Shown here piece after piece: positions 35,528 to 50,500 of a stretch of DNA of 64,000 nucleotides (its first letter is position 1; each line of letters opens with the position of its first letter). A program made the translations under genes and the position numbers. The notes under the pieces were generated by a model, which had not been told where the DNA came from, made no database searches, and saw only the letters and a list, made by a program, of their open reading frames with translations. The DNA comes from Eledone cirrhosa. Lineage: Eukaryota. The stretch is from positions 436,666,001 to 436,730,000 of the forward strand of contig OZ024740.1 of NCBI GenBank assembly GCA_964016885.1. The letters are read 5' to 3'.

Positions 35528-38500
35528 GATTATCACAGAAATAGCTTGACATGTAGTGAACAGTGACGGGTTATCACAGAAATAGCTTGACATGTAGTGA
35601 ACAGTGAGGGATTATCACAGAAATAGCTTGACATGTAGTGAACAGTGACAGGTTATCACAGAAATAGCTTGACATGTAGTGAACAGTGACGGGTTATCAC
35701 AGAAATAGCTTGACATGTAGTGAACAGTGACAGGTTATCACAGAAATAGCTTGACATGTAGTGAACAGTGAGGGGTTATCACAGAAATAGCTTGACATGT
35801 AGTGAACAGTGACGGGTTATTACAGAAATAGCTTGACATGTAGTGAACAGTGAGGGATTATCACAGAAATAGCTTGACATGTAGTGAACAGTGAGGGGTT
35901 ATTACAGAAATAGCTTGACATGTAGTGAACAGTGAGGGGTTATTACAGAAATAGCTTGACATGTAGTGAACAGTGAGGGGTTATTACAGAAATAGCTTGA
36001 CACGTAGTGAACAGTGAGGGGTAATCACAGAAATATCTTGACATCTAGTGAACAGTGAGGGGTTATCACAGAAATAGCTTGACATGTAGTGAACAGTGAG
36101 GGGTTATCACAGAAATAGCTTGACATGTAGTGAACAGTGAGAGGTTATCAGAGAAATAGCTTGACATGTAGTGAACAGTGAGGGGTTATGACAGAAATAG
36201 CTTGATATGTAGTGAACAGTGAGGGGTTATCACAGAAATAGCTTGACTTGTAGTGAACAGTGGGGGATTATCACAGAAATAGCTTGACTTGTAGTGAACA
36301 GTGAGGGATTATCACAGACATAGCTAGACATGTAGTGAACAGTGAGGGATTATGACAGAAATAGCTTGACATGTAGTTAACAGTGAGGGGTTATCACAGA
36401 AATAGCTTGACATGTAGTGAACAGTGAGGGATTATCACAGAAATAGCTTGACATGTAGGGAACAGTGAGAGGTTATCACAGAAATAGCTTGACATGTAGT
36501 GAACAGTGAGGGTTTATGACAGAAATAGCTTGACATGTAGTGAACAGTGAGGGGTAATTACAGAAATAGCTTGACATGTAGTGAACAGTGAGAGATTATC
36601 ACAGACATAGTTTGACATGTAGTGAACAGTGAGGGGTTATGACAGAAATAGGTTGACATGTAGTGAACAGTGAGGGGTAATCACAGAAATAGCTTGACAT
36701 GTAGTGAACAGTGAGGGGTTATTATAGAAATAGCTTGACATGTAGTGAACAGTGAGGGGTAATCACAGAAATAGCTTGACATGTAGTGGAAAGTGAGGGG
36801 TAACCACAGAAATAGCTTGACATGTTGTGAACAGTGAGGGTTATCACAGAAATAGCTTGACATGTAGTGAACAGTGAGGGGTAATCACAGAAATAACTTG
36901 ACATGTAGTTAAAAGTGAGGGGTAATGACAGAAATAGCTTTACATGTAGTGAACAGTGAGGGGTAATTACCGAAATAGCTTGACATGTAGTGAAGAGTGG
37001 GGGGTTATCACAGAAATAGCTTGACATATAGTGAACAGTGAGGGGTAATCACAGAAATAGCTTGTCATGTAGTGAAAAGTGAGGGGTTATCACAGAAATA
37101 GCTTGACATGTAGTGAACAGTGAGGGGTTATTACAGAAATAGCTTGACATATAGTGAACAGTGAGGGAGTATTACAGAAATAGCTGACATGTAGTGAACA
37201 GTGAGGGGTTATTACAGAAATAGTTTGACATGTAGTGAACAGTGAGGGGTTATTACAGAAATAGCTTGACATAGTGAACTGTGAGGGATTATTACAGAAA
37301 AAGCTTGACATATAGTGAACAGTGAGGGGTTATTACAGAAAAAGCTTGACATCTAATGAACAGTGAGGGGTTATTACAGAAATAGCTTGACATGTATTGA
37401 ACAGTGAGGGGTTATAACATAAATAGCTTGACATATAGTGAACAGTGAGGGGTAATCACAGAAATAGCTTGTCATTTAGTGAACAGTGAGGGGTTATTAC
37501 AGAAATAGCTTGACATGTAGTGAACAGTGAGGGAATATTACAGAAATAGTTTGACATGTAGTGAACAGTGAGGGGTTATTACAGCAATAGCTTGACATAT
37601 AGTGAACAGTGAGGGGTTATTACAGAAATAGCTTGACATATAGTGAAAAGTGAGGGATTATTACAGAAATAGCTTGACATATAGTGAAAAGTGAGGGATT
37701 ATTACAGAAATAGCTTGACATATAGTGAACAGTGAGGGGTTATTACAGAAATAGCTTAACATATAGTGAACAGTGAGGGGTAATCACAGAAATAGCTTGA
37801 CATGTAGTGAACAGTGAGGGGTTATTATAGAAATAGCTTGACATGTAGTGAACAGCGAGGGGTAACCACAGATATAACTTGACATGTAGTTAACAGTGAG
37901 GGGTAATTACAGAAATAGCTTGACATGTAGTGAACAGTGAGGGGTAATCACAGAAATAGCTTGACATGTAGTTAAAAGTGAGTGGTAATCACAGAAATAG
38001 CTTGACATGTTTTGAACAGTGAGGGTTATCACAGAAATAGCTTGACATGTAGTGAACAGTGAGGGGTAATCACAGAAATAGCTTGACATGTAGTTAACAG
38101 TGAGGGGTAATCACAGAAATAGCTTTACATGTAGTGAACAGTGAGGGGTAATTAACGAAATAGCTTGACATGTAGTGAACAGTGAGGGTTATTACAGAAA
38201 TAGCTTGAAATGTAGTGAACAGTGAGGGCTTATCACAGAAATAGCTTGACATGTAGTGAACAGTGAGGGGTTATTACAGAAATAGCTTGACATATAGTGA
38301 ACAGTGAGGGAGTATTACAGAAATAGCTGACATGTAGTGAACAGTGAGGGGTTATTACAGAAATAGTTTGACATGTAGTGAACAGTGAGGGGTTATTACA
38401 GAAATAGCTTGACATAGTGAACTGTGAGGGATTATTACAGAAAAAGCTTGACATATAGTGAACAGTGAGGGGTTATTACAGAAAAAGCTTGACATCTAAT

Positions 38501-41500
38501 GAACAGTGAGGGGTTATTACAGAAATAGCTTGACATGTATTGAACAGTGAGGGGTTATAACATAAATAGCTTGACATATAGTGAACAGTGAGGGGTAATC
38601 ACAGAAATAGCTTGTCATTTAGTGAACAGTGAGGGGTTATTACAGAAATAGCTTGACATGTAGTGAACAGTGAGGGAATATTACAGAAATAGTTTGACAT
38701 GTAGTGAACAGTGAGGGGTTATTACAGCAATAGCTTGACATATAGTGAACAGTGAGGGGTTATTACAGAAATAGCTTGACATATAGTGAAAAGTGAGGGA
38801 TTATTACAGAAATAGCTTGACATATAGTGAAAAGTGAGGGATTATTACAGAAATAGCTTGACATATAGTGAACAGTGAGGGGTTATTACAGAAATAGCTT
38901 AACATATAGTGAACAGTGAGGGGTAATCACAGAAATAGCTTGACATGTAGTGAACAGTGAGGGGTTATTATAGAAATAGCTTGACATGTAGTGAACAGTG
39001 AGGGGTAATCACAGAAATAGCTTGACATGTAGTGAACAGCGAGGGGTAACCACAGATATAACTTGACATGTAGTTAACAGTGAGGGGTAATTACAGAAAT
39101 AGCTTGACATGTAGTGAACAGTGAGGTGTTATCACAGAAATAGCTTGACATGTAGTGAACAGTGAGGGGTAATCACAGAAATAGCTTAACATGTAGTTAA
39201 AAGTGAGTGGTAATCACAGAAATAGCTTGACATGTTTTGAACAGTGAGGGTTATCACAGAAATAGCTTGACATGTAGTGAACAGTGAGGGGTAATCACAG
39301 AAATAGCTTGACATGTAGTTAACAGTGAGGGGTAATCACAGAAATAGCTTTACATGTAGTGAACAGTGAGGGGTAATTAACGAAATAGCTTGACATGTAG
39401 TGAACAGTGAGGGGTTATCACAGAAATAGCCTGACATATATTGAACATTGAGGGGTAATCACAGAAATAGCTTGTCATGCAGTGAAAAGTGAGGGTTAAT
39501 CACAGAAATAGCTTGACATGTAGTGAACAGTGAGAGGTTATTACAGAAATAGCTTGACATGTAGTGAACAGTGGGGGCTTATCACAGAAATAGCTTGACA
39601 TGTAGTGAACAGTGAGGGGTTAGTACAGAAATAGCTTGACATATAGTGAACAGTGAGGGAGTATTACAGAAATAGCTGACATGTAGTGAACAGTGAGGGG
39701 TTATTACAGAAATAGTTTGACATGTAGTGAACAGTGAGGGGTTATGACAGCAATAGCTTGACATATAGTGAATAGTGAGGGGTTATTACAGAAATAGCTT
39801 GACATAGTGAACTGTGAGGGATTATTACATAAAAAGCTTGACATATAGTGAACAGTGAGGGGTTATTACAGAAAAAGCTTGCATCTAATGAACAGTGAGG
39901 GGTTATTACAGAAATAGCTTGACATGTATTGAACAGTGAGGGGTTATAACATAAATAGCTTGACATATAGTGAACAGTGAGGGGTAATCACAGAAATAGC
40001 TTGTCATGTAGTGAAAAGTGAGGGGTTATCACAGAAATAGCTTGACATGTAGTGAACAGTGAGGGGTAATCACAGAAATAGAATGACATGTAGTGAACAG
40101 TGAGGGGTAATCACAGAAATAGCTTGACATGTAGTTAACAGTGAGGGGTAATCACAAAAATAGCCTGACATATAGTGAACAGTGTGGGGTTATGACAGAA
40201 ATAGCTTGACATCTAGTGAACAGTGAGGGGTTATTACAGAAATAGCTTGACATGTCGTGAACAGTGACGGATCATCACAGAAATAGCTTGACATCTAGTT
40301 AACAGTGAGGGGTTATTACAGAAATAGCTTGACATGTAGTGAACAGTGAGGGGTTATTACAGAAATAGCTTGACATATTGTGAACAATGAGGGGTTATTA
40401 CAGAAATAGCTTGACATGTAGTGAACAGTGTGGGGTTATTACAGAAATAGCTTGACATGTAGTGAACAGCGAGGGGTAACCACAGATATAACTTGACATG
40501 TAGTTAACAGTGAGGGGTAATTACAGAAATAGCTTGACATGTAGTGAACAGTGAGGTGATATCACAGAAATAGCTTGACATGTAGTGAACAGTGAGGGGT
40601 AATCACAGAAATAGCTTGACATGTAGTTAAAAGTGAGTGGTAATCACAGAAATAGCTTGACATGTTTTGAACAGTGAGGGTTATCACAGAAATAGCTTCA
40701 CATGTAGTGAACAGTGAGGGGTAATCACAGAAATAGCTTGACATGTAGTTAACAGTGAGGGGTTATGACAGAAATAGCTTTACATGTAGTGAACAGTGAG
40801 GGGTAATTAACGAAATAGCTTGACATGTCGTGAACAGTGAGGGGTTATCACAGAAATAGCCTGACATATATTGAACAGTGAGGGTTAATCACAGAAATAG
40901 CTTGTCATGTATTGAAAAGTGAGGGATAATCTCAGAAATAGCTTGACATGTAGTGAACAGTGAGGGGTTATTACAGAAATAGCTTAACATGTAGTGAACA
41001 GTGAGGGCTTATCACAGAAATAGCTTGACATGTAGTGAACAGTGAGGGGTTATTACAGAAATAGCTTGACATATAGTGAACAGTGAGGGAGTATTACAGA
41101 AATAGCTTGACATGTAGTGAACAGTGAGGGGTTATTACAGAAATAGTTTGACATGTAGTGAACAGTGAGGGGTTATTACAGCAATACCTTGACATATAGT
41201 GAACAGTGAGGGGTTATTACAGAAATAGCTTGACATAGTGAACTGTGAGTGATTATTACAGAAATAGCTTGTCATGTATTGAAAAGTGAGGGATAATCTC
41301 AGAAATAGCTTGACATGTAGTGAACAGTGAGGGGTTATTACAGAAATAGCTTGACATGTAGTGAACAGCGAGGGGTAACCACAGATATAACTTGACATGT
41401 AGTTAACAGTGAGGGGTAATTACAGAAATAGCTTGACATGTAGTGAACAGTGAGGTGTTATCACAAAATAGCTTGACATGTAGTGAACAGTGAGGGGTAA

Positions 41501-44500
41501 TCACAGAAATAGCTTGACATGTAGTTAAAAGTGAGTGGTAATCACAGAAATAGCTTGACATGTTTTGAACAGTGAGGGTTATCACAGAAATAGCTTGACA
41601 TGTAGTGAACAGTGAGGGGTAATCACAGAAATAGCTTGACATGTAGTTAACAGTGAGGGGTAATCACAGAAATAGCTTTACATGTAGTGAACAGTGAGGG
41701 GTAATTAACGAAATAGCTTGACATGTAGTGAACAGTGAGGGGTTATCACAGAAATAGCCTGACATATATTGAACAGTGAGGGGTAATCACAGAAATAGCT
41801 TGTCATGTAGTGAAAAGTGAGGGTTAATCACAGAAATAGCTTGACATGTAGTGAACAGTGAGGGATTATTACAGAAATAGCTTGACATGTAGTGAACAGT
41901 GAGGGTTTATCACAGAAATAGCTTGACATGTAGTGAACAGTGAGGGGTTATTACAGAAATAGCTTGACATATAGTGAACAGTGAGGGAATATTACAGAAA
42001 TAGCTGAAATGTAGTGAGCAGTGAGGGGTTATTACAGAAATAGTTTGACATGTAGTGAACAGTGAGGGGTTATGACAGCAATAGCTTAACATATAGTGAA
42101 CAGTGAGGGGTTATTACAGAAATAGCTTGACAAAGTGAACTGTGAGGGATTATTACAGAAAAAGCTTGACATATAGTGAACAGTGAGGGGTTATTACAGA
42201 AAAAGCTTGACATCAAATGAACAGTGAGGGGTTATTACAGAAATAGCTTGACATGTATTGAACAGTGAGGGGTTATAACATAAATAGCTTGACATATAGT
42301 GAACAGTGAGGGGTAATCACAGAAATAGCTTGTCATGTAGTGAAAATTGAGGGGTTATCACAGAAATAGCTTGACATGTAGTGAACAGTGAGGGGTAATC
42401 ACAGAAATAGAATGACATGTAGTGAACAGTGAGGGGTAATCACAGAAATAGCTTGACATGTAGTTAACAGTGAGGGGTAATCACAAAAATAGCCTGACAT
42501 ATAGTGAACAGTGTGGGGTTATCACAGAAATAACTTGACATCTAGTGAACAGTGAGGGGTTATTACAGAAATAGCTTGACATGTAGTGAACAGTGAGGGG
42601 TTTTTACAGAAATAGCTTGACATGTAGTGAACAGTGACGGATTATCACAGAAATAGCTTGACATATAGTTAACAGTGAGGGGTTATTACAGAAATAGCTT
42701 GAAATGTAGTGAACAGTGAGGGGTTATTACAGAAATAGCTTGACATGTAGTGAACAGCGAGGGGTAACCACAGATATAACTTGACATGTAGTTAACAGTG
42801 AGGGGTAATCACAGAAATAGCTTGACATGTTTTGAACAGTGAGGGTTATCACAGAAATAGCTTGACATGTAGTGAACAGTGAGGGGTAATCACAGAAATA
42901 GCTTGACATGTAGTTAACAGTGAGGGGTTATGACAGAAATAGCTTTACATGTAGTGAACAGTGAGGGGTTATTAACGAAATAGCTTGACATGTAGTGAAC
43001 AGTGAGGGCTTATCACAGAAATAGCCTGACATATATTGAACAGTGAGGGGTAATCACAGAAATAGCTTGTCATGTATTGAAAAGTGAGGGGTAATCTCAA
43101 AAATAGCTTGACATGTAGTGAACAGTGAGGGGTTATTACAGAAATAGCTTAACATGTAGTGAACAGTGAGGGCTTATCACAGAAATAGCTTGACGTGTAG
43201 TGAACAGTGAGGGGTTATTACAGAAATAGCTTGACATATAGTGAACAGTGAGGGAGTATTACAGAAATAGCTTGACATGTAGTGAACAGTGAGGGGTTAT
43301 TACAGAAATAGTTTGACATGTAGTGAACAGTGAGGGGTTATTACAGCAATAGCTTGACATATAGTGAACAGTGAGGGGTTATTACAGAAATAGCTTGACA
43401 TAGTGAACTGTGAGGGATTATTACAGATATAGCTTCACATGTAGTGAACAGTGAGGGGTTATTACAGAAAAAGCTTGACATCTAGTGAACAGTGAGGGGT
43501 TATTACAGAAATAGCTTGACATGTAGTGAACAGTGAGGGGTTATAACATAAATAGCTTGACATATAGTGAACAGTGAGGGGTAATCACAGAAATAGCTTG
43601 TCGTGTAGTGATAAGTGAGGAGTTATCACAGAAATAGCTTGACATGTAGTGAACAGTGAGGTGTAATCACAGAAATAGAATGACATGTAGTGAACAGTGA
43701 GGGGTAATCACAGAAATAGCTTGACATGTAGTTAACAGTGAGGGGTAATCATAAAAATAGCCTGACATGTAGTGAACAGTATGGGGTTATCACAGAAATA
43801 GCTTGACATCTAGTGAACAGTGAGGGGTTATTACAGAAATAGCTTGATATGTAGTGAACAGTGAGGGGTTTTTACAGAAATAGCTTGACATGTAGTGAAC
43901 AGTGAGGGGTTATTCCAGAAATAGCTTGACATGTCGTGAACAGTGACGGGTTATCATAGAAATAGCTTGACATCTAGTTAACAGTGAGGGGTTATTACAG
44001 AAATAGCTTGACATGTAGTGAATAGTGAGGGGTTATTACAGAAATAGCTTGACATCTAGTGAACAGTGAGGGGTTATTACAGAAATAGCTTGAAATGTAG
44101 TGAACAGTGAGGGGTTATTACAGAAATAGCTTGACATGTAGTTAACAGTGAGGGGTTATTACAGAAATAGTTTGACATGTAGTGAACAGTGAGGGGTTAG
44201 TACAGCAATAGCTTGACATATAGTGAACAGTGAGGGGTTATTACAGAAATAGCTTGACATAGTGAACTGTGAGGGGTTATTACAGAAAAGGCTTGACATA
44301 TAGTGAACAGTGAGGGATTATTACAGAAATAGCTTGACATCTAGTGAACAGTGAGGGGTTATTACAGAAATAGCTTGACATGTAGCGAACAATGAGGGTT
44401 ATCACAGAAATAGCTTGACATCTAGTGAACAGTGAGGAGTTATTACAGAAATAGTTTGACATGTAGTGAACAGTGAGGGGTTATTACAGAAATAGCTTGA

Positions 44501-47500
44501 CATATAGTGAACAGTGAAGGGTTATTACAGAAATAGCTTGACATATAGTGAACAGTGAGGGATTATTACAGAAATAGCTTGACATATAGTGAACAGTGAG
44601 GTGTTATTAGGGAAATAGCTTAACATGTAGTGAACAGTGAGGGGTAATCACAGAAAAAGCTTGACATGTAGTGAACAGTGAGGGGTTATTATAGAAATAG
44701 CTTGACATGTATTGAACAGTGAGGGGTAATCATAGAAATAGCTTGACATGTAGTTAACAGTGAGGGGTTATCGCAGAAATATCTTGACATGTAGTGAACA
44801 GTGAGGAGTTATCACAGACATAGCTTGCCATGTAGTGAACAGTGAGGGGTTATTACAGAAATAGCTTGACATGTAGTGAACAGTGAGGTGTTATCACAGA
44901 AATAGCTTGACATGTAGTGAACAGTGAGGGGTAATCACAGAAATAGCTTGACATGTAGTTAAAAGTGAGTGGTAATCACAGAAATAGCTTGACATGTTTT
45001 GAACAGTGAGGGTTATCACAGAAATAGCTTGACATGTAGTGAACAGTGAGGGGTAATCACAGAAATAGCTTTACATGTAGTGAAGAGTGAGGGGTAATTA
45101 CCGAAACAGCTTGACATGTAGTGAACAGTGAGGGGTTATCACAGAAATAGCTTGACATATAGTGAACAGTGAGGGGTTATTACAGAAATAGCTTGACATA
45201 TAGTGAACAGTGAGGGATTATTACAGAAATAGCTTGACATATAGTGAACAGTGAGGGGTTATTACAGAAATAGCTTAATATGTAGTGAACAGTGAGGGGT
45301 AATCACAGAAATAGCTTGACATGTAGTGAACAGTGAGGGGTTATTATAGAAATAGCTTGACATGTAGTGAACAGTGAGGGGTAATCACAGAAATAGCTTG
45401 ACATGTAGTTAACAGTGAGGGGTTATCGCAGAAATATCTTGACATGTAGTGAACAGTGAGGGGTTATCACAGAAATAGCTTGACATGTAGTGAACAGCGA
45501 GGAGTAACCACAGATATAACTTGACATGTAATTAACAGTGAGGGGTAATTACAGAAATAGCTTGACATGTAGTGAACAGTGAGGTGTTATCACAGAAATT
45601 GCTTGACATGTAGTGAACAATGAGGGGTAATCACAGAAATAGCTTGACATGTAGTGAAAAGTGAGTGGTAATCACAGAAATAGCTTGACCTGTTGTGAAC
45701 AGTGAGGGTTATCACAGAAATAGCTTGACATGTAGTGAACAGTGAGGGGTAATCACAGAAATAGCTTGACATGTAGTTAACAGTGAGGGGTTATGACAGA
45801 AATAGCTTTACATGTAGTGAACAGTGAGGGGTAATTAACGAAATAGCTTTACATGTAGTGAACAGTGAGGGGTTATCACAGAAATAGCCTGACATATATT
45901 GAACAGTGAGGGGTAATCACAGAAATAGCTTGTCATGTATTGAAAAGTGAGGGGTAATCTCAGAAATAGCTTGACATGTAGTGAACAGTGAGGGGTTATT
46001 ACAGAAATAGGTTAACATGTAGTGAACAGTGAGGGCTTATCACAGAAATAGCTTGACATGTAGTGAACAGTGAGGGGTTATTACAGAAATAGCTTGACAT
46101 ATAGTGAACAGTGAGGGAGTATTACAGAAACAGCTTGACATGTAGTGAACAGTGAGGGGTTATTACAGAAATAGTTTGACATGTAGTGAACAGTGAGGGG
46201 TTATTACAGCAATAGCTTGACATATAGTGAACAGTGAGGGGTTATTACAGAAATAGCTTGACATAGTGAACTGTGAGGGATTATTACAGAAATAGCTTGA
46301 CATGTAGTGAACAGTGAGGGGTTATTACAGAAAAAGCTTGACATCTAGTGAACAGTGATGGGTTATTACAGAAATAGCTTGACATGTAGTGAACAGTGAG
46401 GGGTTATAACATAAATAGCTTGACATATAGTGAACAGTGAGGGGTAATCACAGAAATAGCTTGTCATGTAGTGAAAAGTGAGGAGTTATCACAGAAATAG
46501 CTTGACATGTAGTGAACAGTGAGGGGTAATCACAGAAATAGAATGACATGTAGTGAACAGTGAGGGGGTAATCACAGAAATAGCTTGACATGTAGTTAAC
46601 AGTGAGGGGTAATCATAAAAATAGCCTGACATGTAGTGAACAGTGTGGGGTTATCACAGAAATAGCTTGACATCTAGTGAACAGTGAGGGGTTATTACAG
46701 AAATAGCTTGATATGTAGTGAACAGTGAGGGTTTTTTACAGAAATAGCTTGACATGTAGTGAACAGTGAGGGGTTATTACAGAAATAGCTTGACATGTCG
46801 TGAACAGTGACGGGTTATCATAGAAATAGCTTGACATCTAGTTAACAGTGAGGGGTTATTACAGAAATAGCTTGACATGTAGTGAATAGTGAGGGGTTAT
46901 TACAGAAATAGCTTGACATCTAGTGAACAGTGAGGGGTTATTACAGAAATAGCTTGACATGTAGTGAACAGTGAGGGGTTATTACAGAAATAGCTTGACA
47001 TGTAGTTAACAGTGAGGGATTATTACAGAAATAGTTTGACATGTAGTGAACAGTGAGGGGTTAGTACAGCAATAGCTTGACATATAGTGAACGTTGAGGG
47101 GTTATTACAGAAATAGCTTGACATAGTGAACTGTGAGGGGTTATTACAGAAAAGGCTTGACATATAGTGAACAGTGAGGGGTTGTTACAGAAATAGCTTG
47201 ACATCTAGTGAACAGTGAGGGGTTATTACAGAAATAGCTTGACATGAAGTGAACAATGAGGGTTATCACAGAAATAGCTTGACATCTAGTGAACAGTGAG
47301 GGGTTATTACAGAAATAGCTTGACATGTAATGAACAGTGAGGGGTTATTACAGAAATAGCTTGACATATAGTGAACAGTGAGGGATTATTACAGAAATAG
47401 CTTGACATATAGTGAACAGTGAGGTGTTATTACAGAAATAGCTTAACATGTAGTGAACAGTGAGGGGTAATCACAGAAAAAGCTTGACATGTAGTGAACA

Positions 47501-50500
47501 GTGAGGGGTTATTATAGAAATAGCTTGACATGTATTGAACAGTGAGGGGTAATCATAGAAATATCTTGACATGTAGTGAACAGTGAGGAGTTATCACAGA
47601 CATAGCTTGCCATGTAGTGAACAGTGAGGGTTATCACAGAAATAGCTTGACATCTAGTGAACAGCGAGGGGTTATTACAGAAATAGCTTGACATGTAGTG
47701 AAGAGAGAGGGGTTATTACAGAAATAGCTTGACATCTAGTAAACAGTGAGGGGTTATTACAGAAATAGCTTGATATGAGGTGAACAGTGAGGGTTATCAC
47801 AGAAATAGCTTGACATCTAGTGAACAGTGAGGGGTTATTACAGAAATAGCTTGACATGTAGTGAACAGTGAGGTGTTATCACAGAAATAGCTTGACATGT
47901 AGTGAACAGTGAGGGGTAATCACAGAAATAGCTTGACATGTAGTTAAAAGTGAGTGGTAATCACAGAAATAGCTTGACATGTTTTGAACAGTGAGGGTTA
48001 TCACAGAAATAGCTTGACATGTAGTGAACAGTGAGGGGTAATCACAGAAATAGCTTTACATGTAGTGAAGAGTGAGGGGTAATTACCGAAACAGCTTGAC
48101 ATGTAGTGAACAGCGAGGAGTAACCACAGATATAACTTGACATGTAGTTAACAGTGAGGGGTAATTACAGAAATAGCTTGACATGTAGTGAACAGTGAGG
48201 TGTTATCACAGAAATAGCTTGACATGTAGTGAACAATGAGGGGTAATCACAGAAATAGCTTGACATGTAGTGAAAAGTGAGTGGTAATCACAGAAATAGC
48301 TTGACTTGTTGTGAACAGTGAGGGTTATCACAGAAATAGCTTGACATGTAGTGAACAGTGAGGGGTAATCACAGAAATAGCTTGGCATGTAGTGAAAAGT
48401 GAGTGGCAATCACAGAAATAGCTTGACATGTAGTGAACAGTGAGGGGTTATCACAGAAATAGCTTGACATGTAGTGAACAGTGAGGGGTAATCACAGAAA
48501 TAGGTTGACATGTATTGAACAGTGAGGGGTTATCACAGAAATAGCTCGACATGTAACGAAAAGTGAGGGGTTATCAGAGAAATAGCTTGACATGTAGTGA
48601 ACAGTGAGGGTTTATCACAGAAATAGCATGACATGTAGTGAACAGTGAGGGGTAATCACAGAAATAGCTTGACATGTAGTTAACAGTGAGGGGTAATCAC
48701 AGAAATAGCTTGACATGTAGTGAACAGTGAGGGGTTATTACAGAAATAGCTTGACATGTAGTGAACAGTGAGGGATTATTATAGAAATAGCTTGACATAT
48801 AGTGAACAGTGAGGGGTTATTACAGAAATAGCTTAACATGTATTGAACAGTGAGGGGTAATCAGAGATATAGCTTGACATGTAGTGAACAGTGAGGGGTT
48901 ATTATAGAAATAGATTGACATGTAGTGAACAGTGAGGGGTAATCACAGAAATAGCTTGACATGTAGTTAACAGTGAGGGGTTATCGCAGAAATAGCTTGA
49001 CATGTAGTGAAAAGTGAGGGGTTATCACAGAAATAGCTTGACATGTAGTGAACAGCGAGGGGTAACCACAGATATAACTTGACATGTAGTTAACAGTGAG
49101 GGGTAATTACAGAAATAGCTTGACATGTAGTGAACAGTGGGGTGTTATCACAGAAATAGCTTGACATGTAGTGGAAAGTGAGGGGTAATCACAGAAATAG
49201 CTTGACATGTTGTGAACAGTGAGGGTTATCACAGAAATAGCTTGAAATCTAGTGAACAGTGAGGGGTAATCACATAAATAGCTTGACATGTAGTTAAGAG
49301 TGAGGGGTAATGACAGAAATAGCTTTATATGTAGTGAACAGTGAGGGGTAATTACCGAAATAGCTTGACATGTAGTGAACAGTGAGGGGTTATCACAGAA
49401 ATAGCTTGACATATAGTGAACAGTGAGGGGTAATCACAGAAATAGCATGTGATGTAGTGAAAAGTGAGGGGTAATCACAGAAATAGCTTGACATGTAGTG
49501 AACAGTGAGGGGTAATCACAGAAATAGCATGACATGTAGTAAACAGTGAGGGGTAATCACAGAAATAGCTTGACATGTAGTTAACAGTGAGGGGTAATCA
49601 CAGGAATAGCTTGACATGTAGTGAACAGTGAGGGGTAATTACAGAAATAGCTTGACATCTAGTGAACAGTGAAGCGTTATCACAGAAATAGCTTGACATG
49701 TAGTGAACAGTGAGGGGTTAACACAGAAATAGCTTGACATGTAGTGAACAGTGAGGGGTAATCACAGAAATAGCTTGACATGTAGTGAACAGTGAGTGGT
49801 TTTTACAGAAATAGCTTGACATGTAGTGAACAGTGAGTGGTTATTACAGAAATAGCTTGACATGTCGTGAACAGCGAGTGGTTATTACAGAAATAGCTTG
49901 ACATGTAGTGAACAGTGAGGGGTTATCACAGAAATAGCTTGACATCTAATGAACAGTGAGGGGTTATTACAGAAATAGCTTGACATGTAGTGAACAGTGA
50001 GTGGTAATCACAGAAATAGCATGACATGTAGTGAACAGTGAGGGGTAATCACAGAAATAGCTTGACATGTAGTTAACAGTGAGGGGTAATCACAGAAATA
50101 GCTTGACATGTAGTGAACAGTGAGGGGTTATTACAGAAATAGCTTGACATGTAGTGAACAGTGAGGGTTTATTACGGAAATAGCTTGACATGTAGTGAAC
50201 AGTGAGGGGTTATTACAGAAATAGTTTGACATGTAGTGAACAGTGAGAGGTTATTACAGCAATAGCTTGACATATAGTGAACAGTGAGGGGTTATTACAG
50301 AAATAGCTTGACATAGTGAACTGTGAGGGATTACTACAGAAAAAGCTTGACATATATTGAACAGTGAGGGGTTATTACAGAAATAGCTTGACATCTAGTG
50401 AACAGTGAGGGGTTATTACAGAAATAGCTTGACATGTAGTGAACAGTGAGGGTTATCACAGAAATAGCTTGACATCTAGTGAACAGTGAGGGGTTATTAC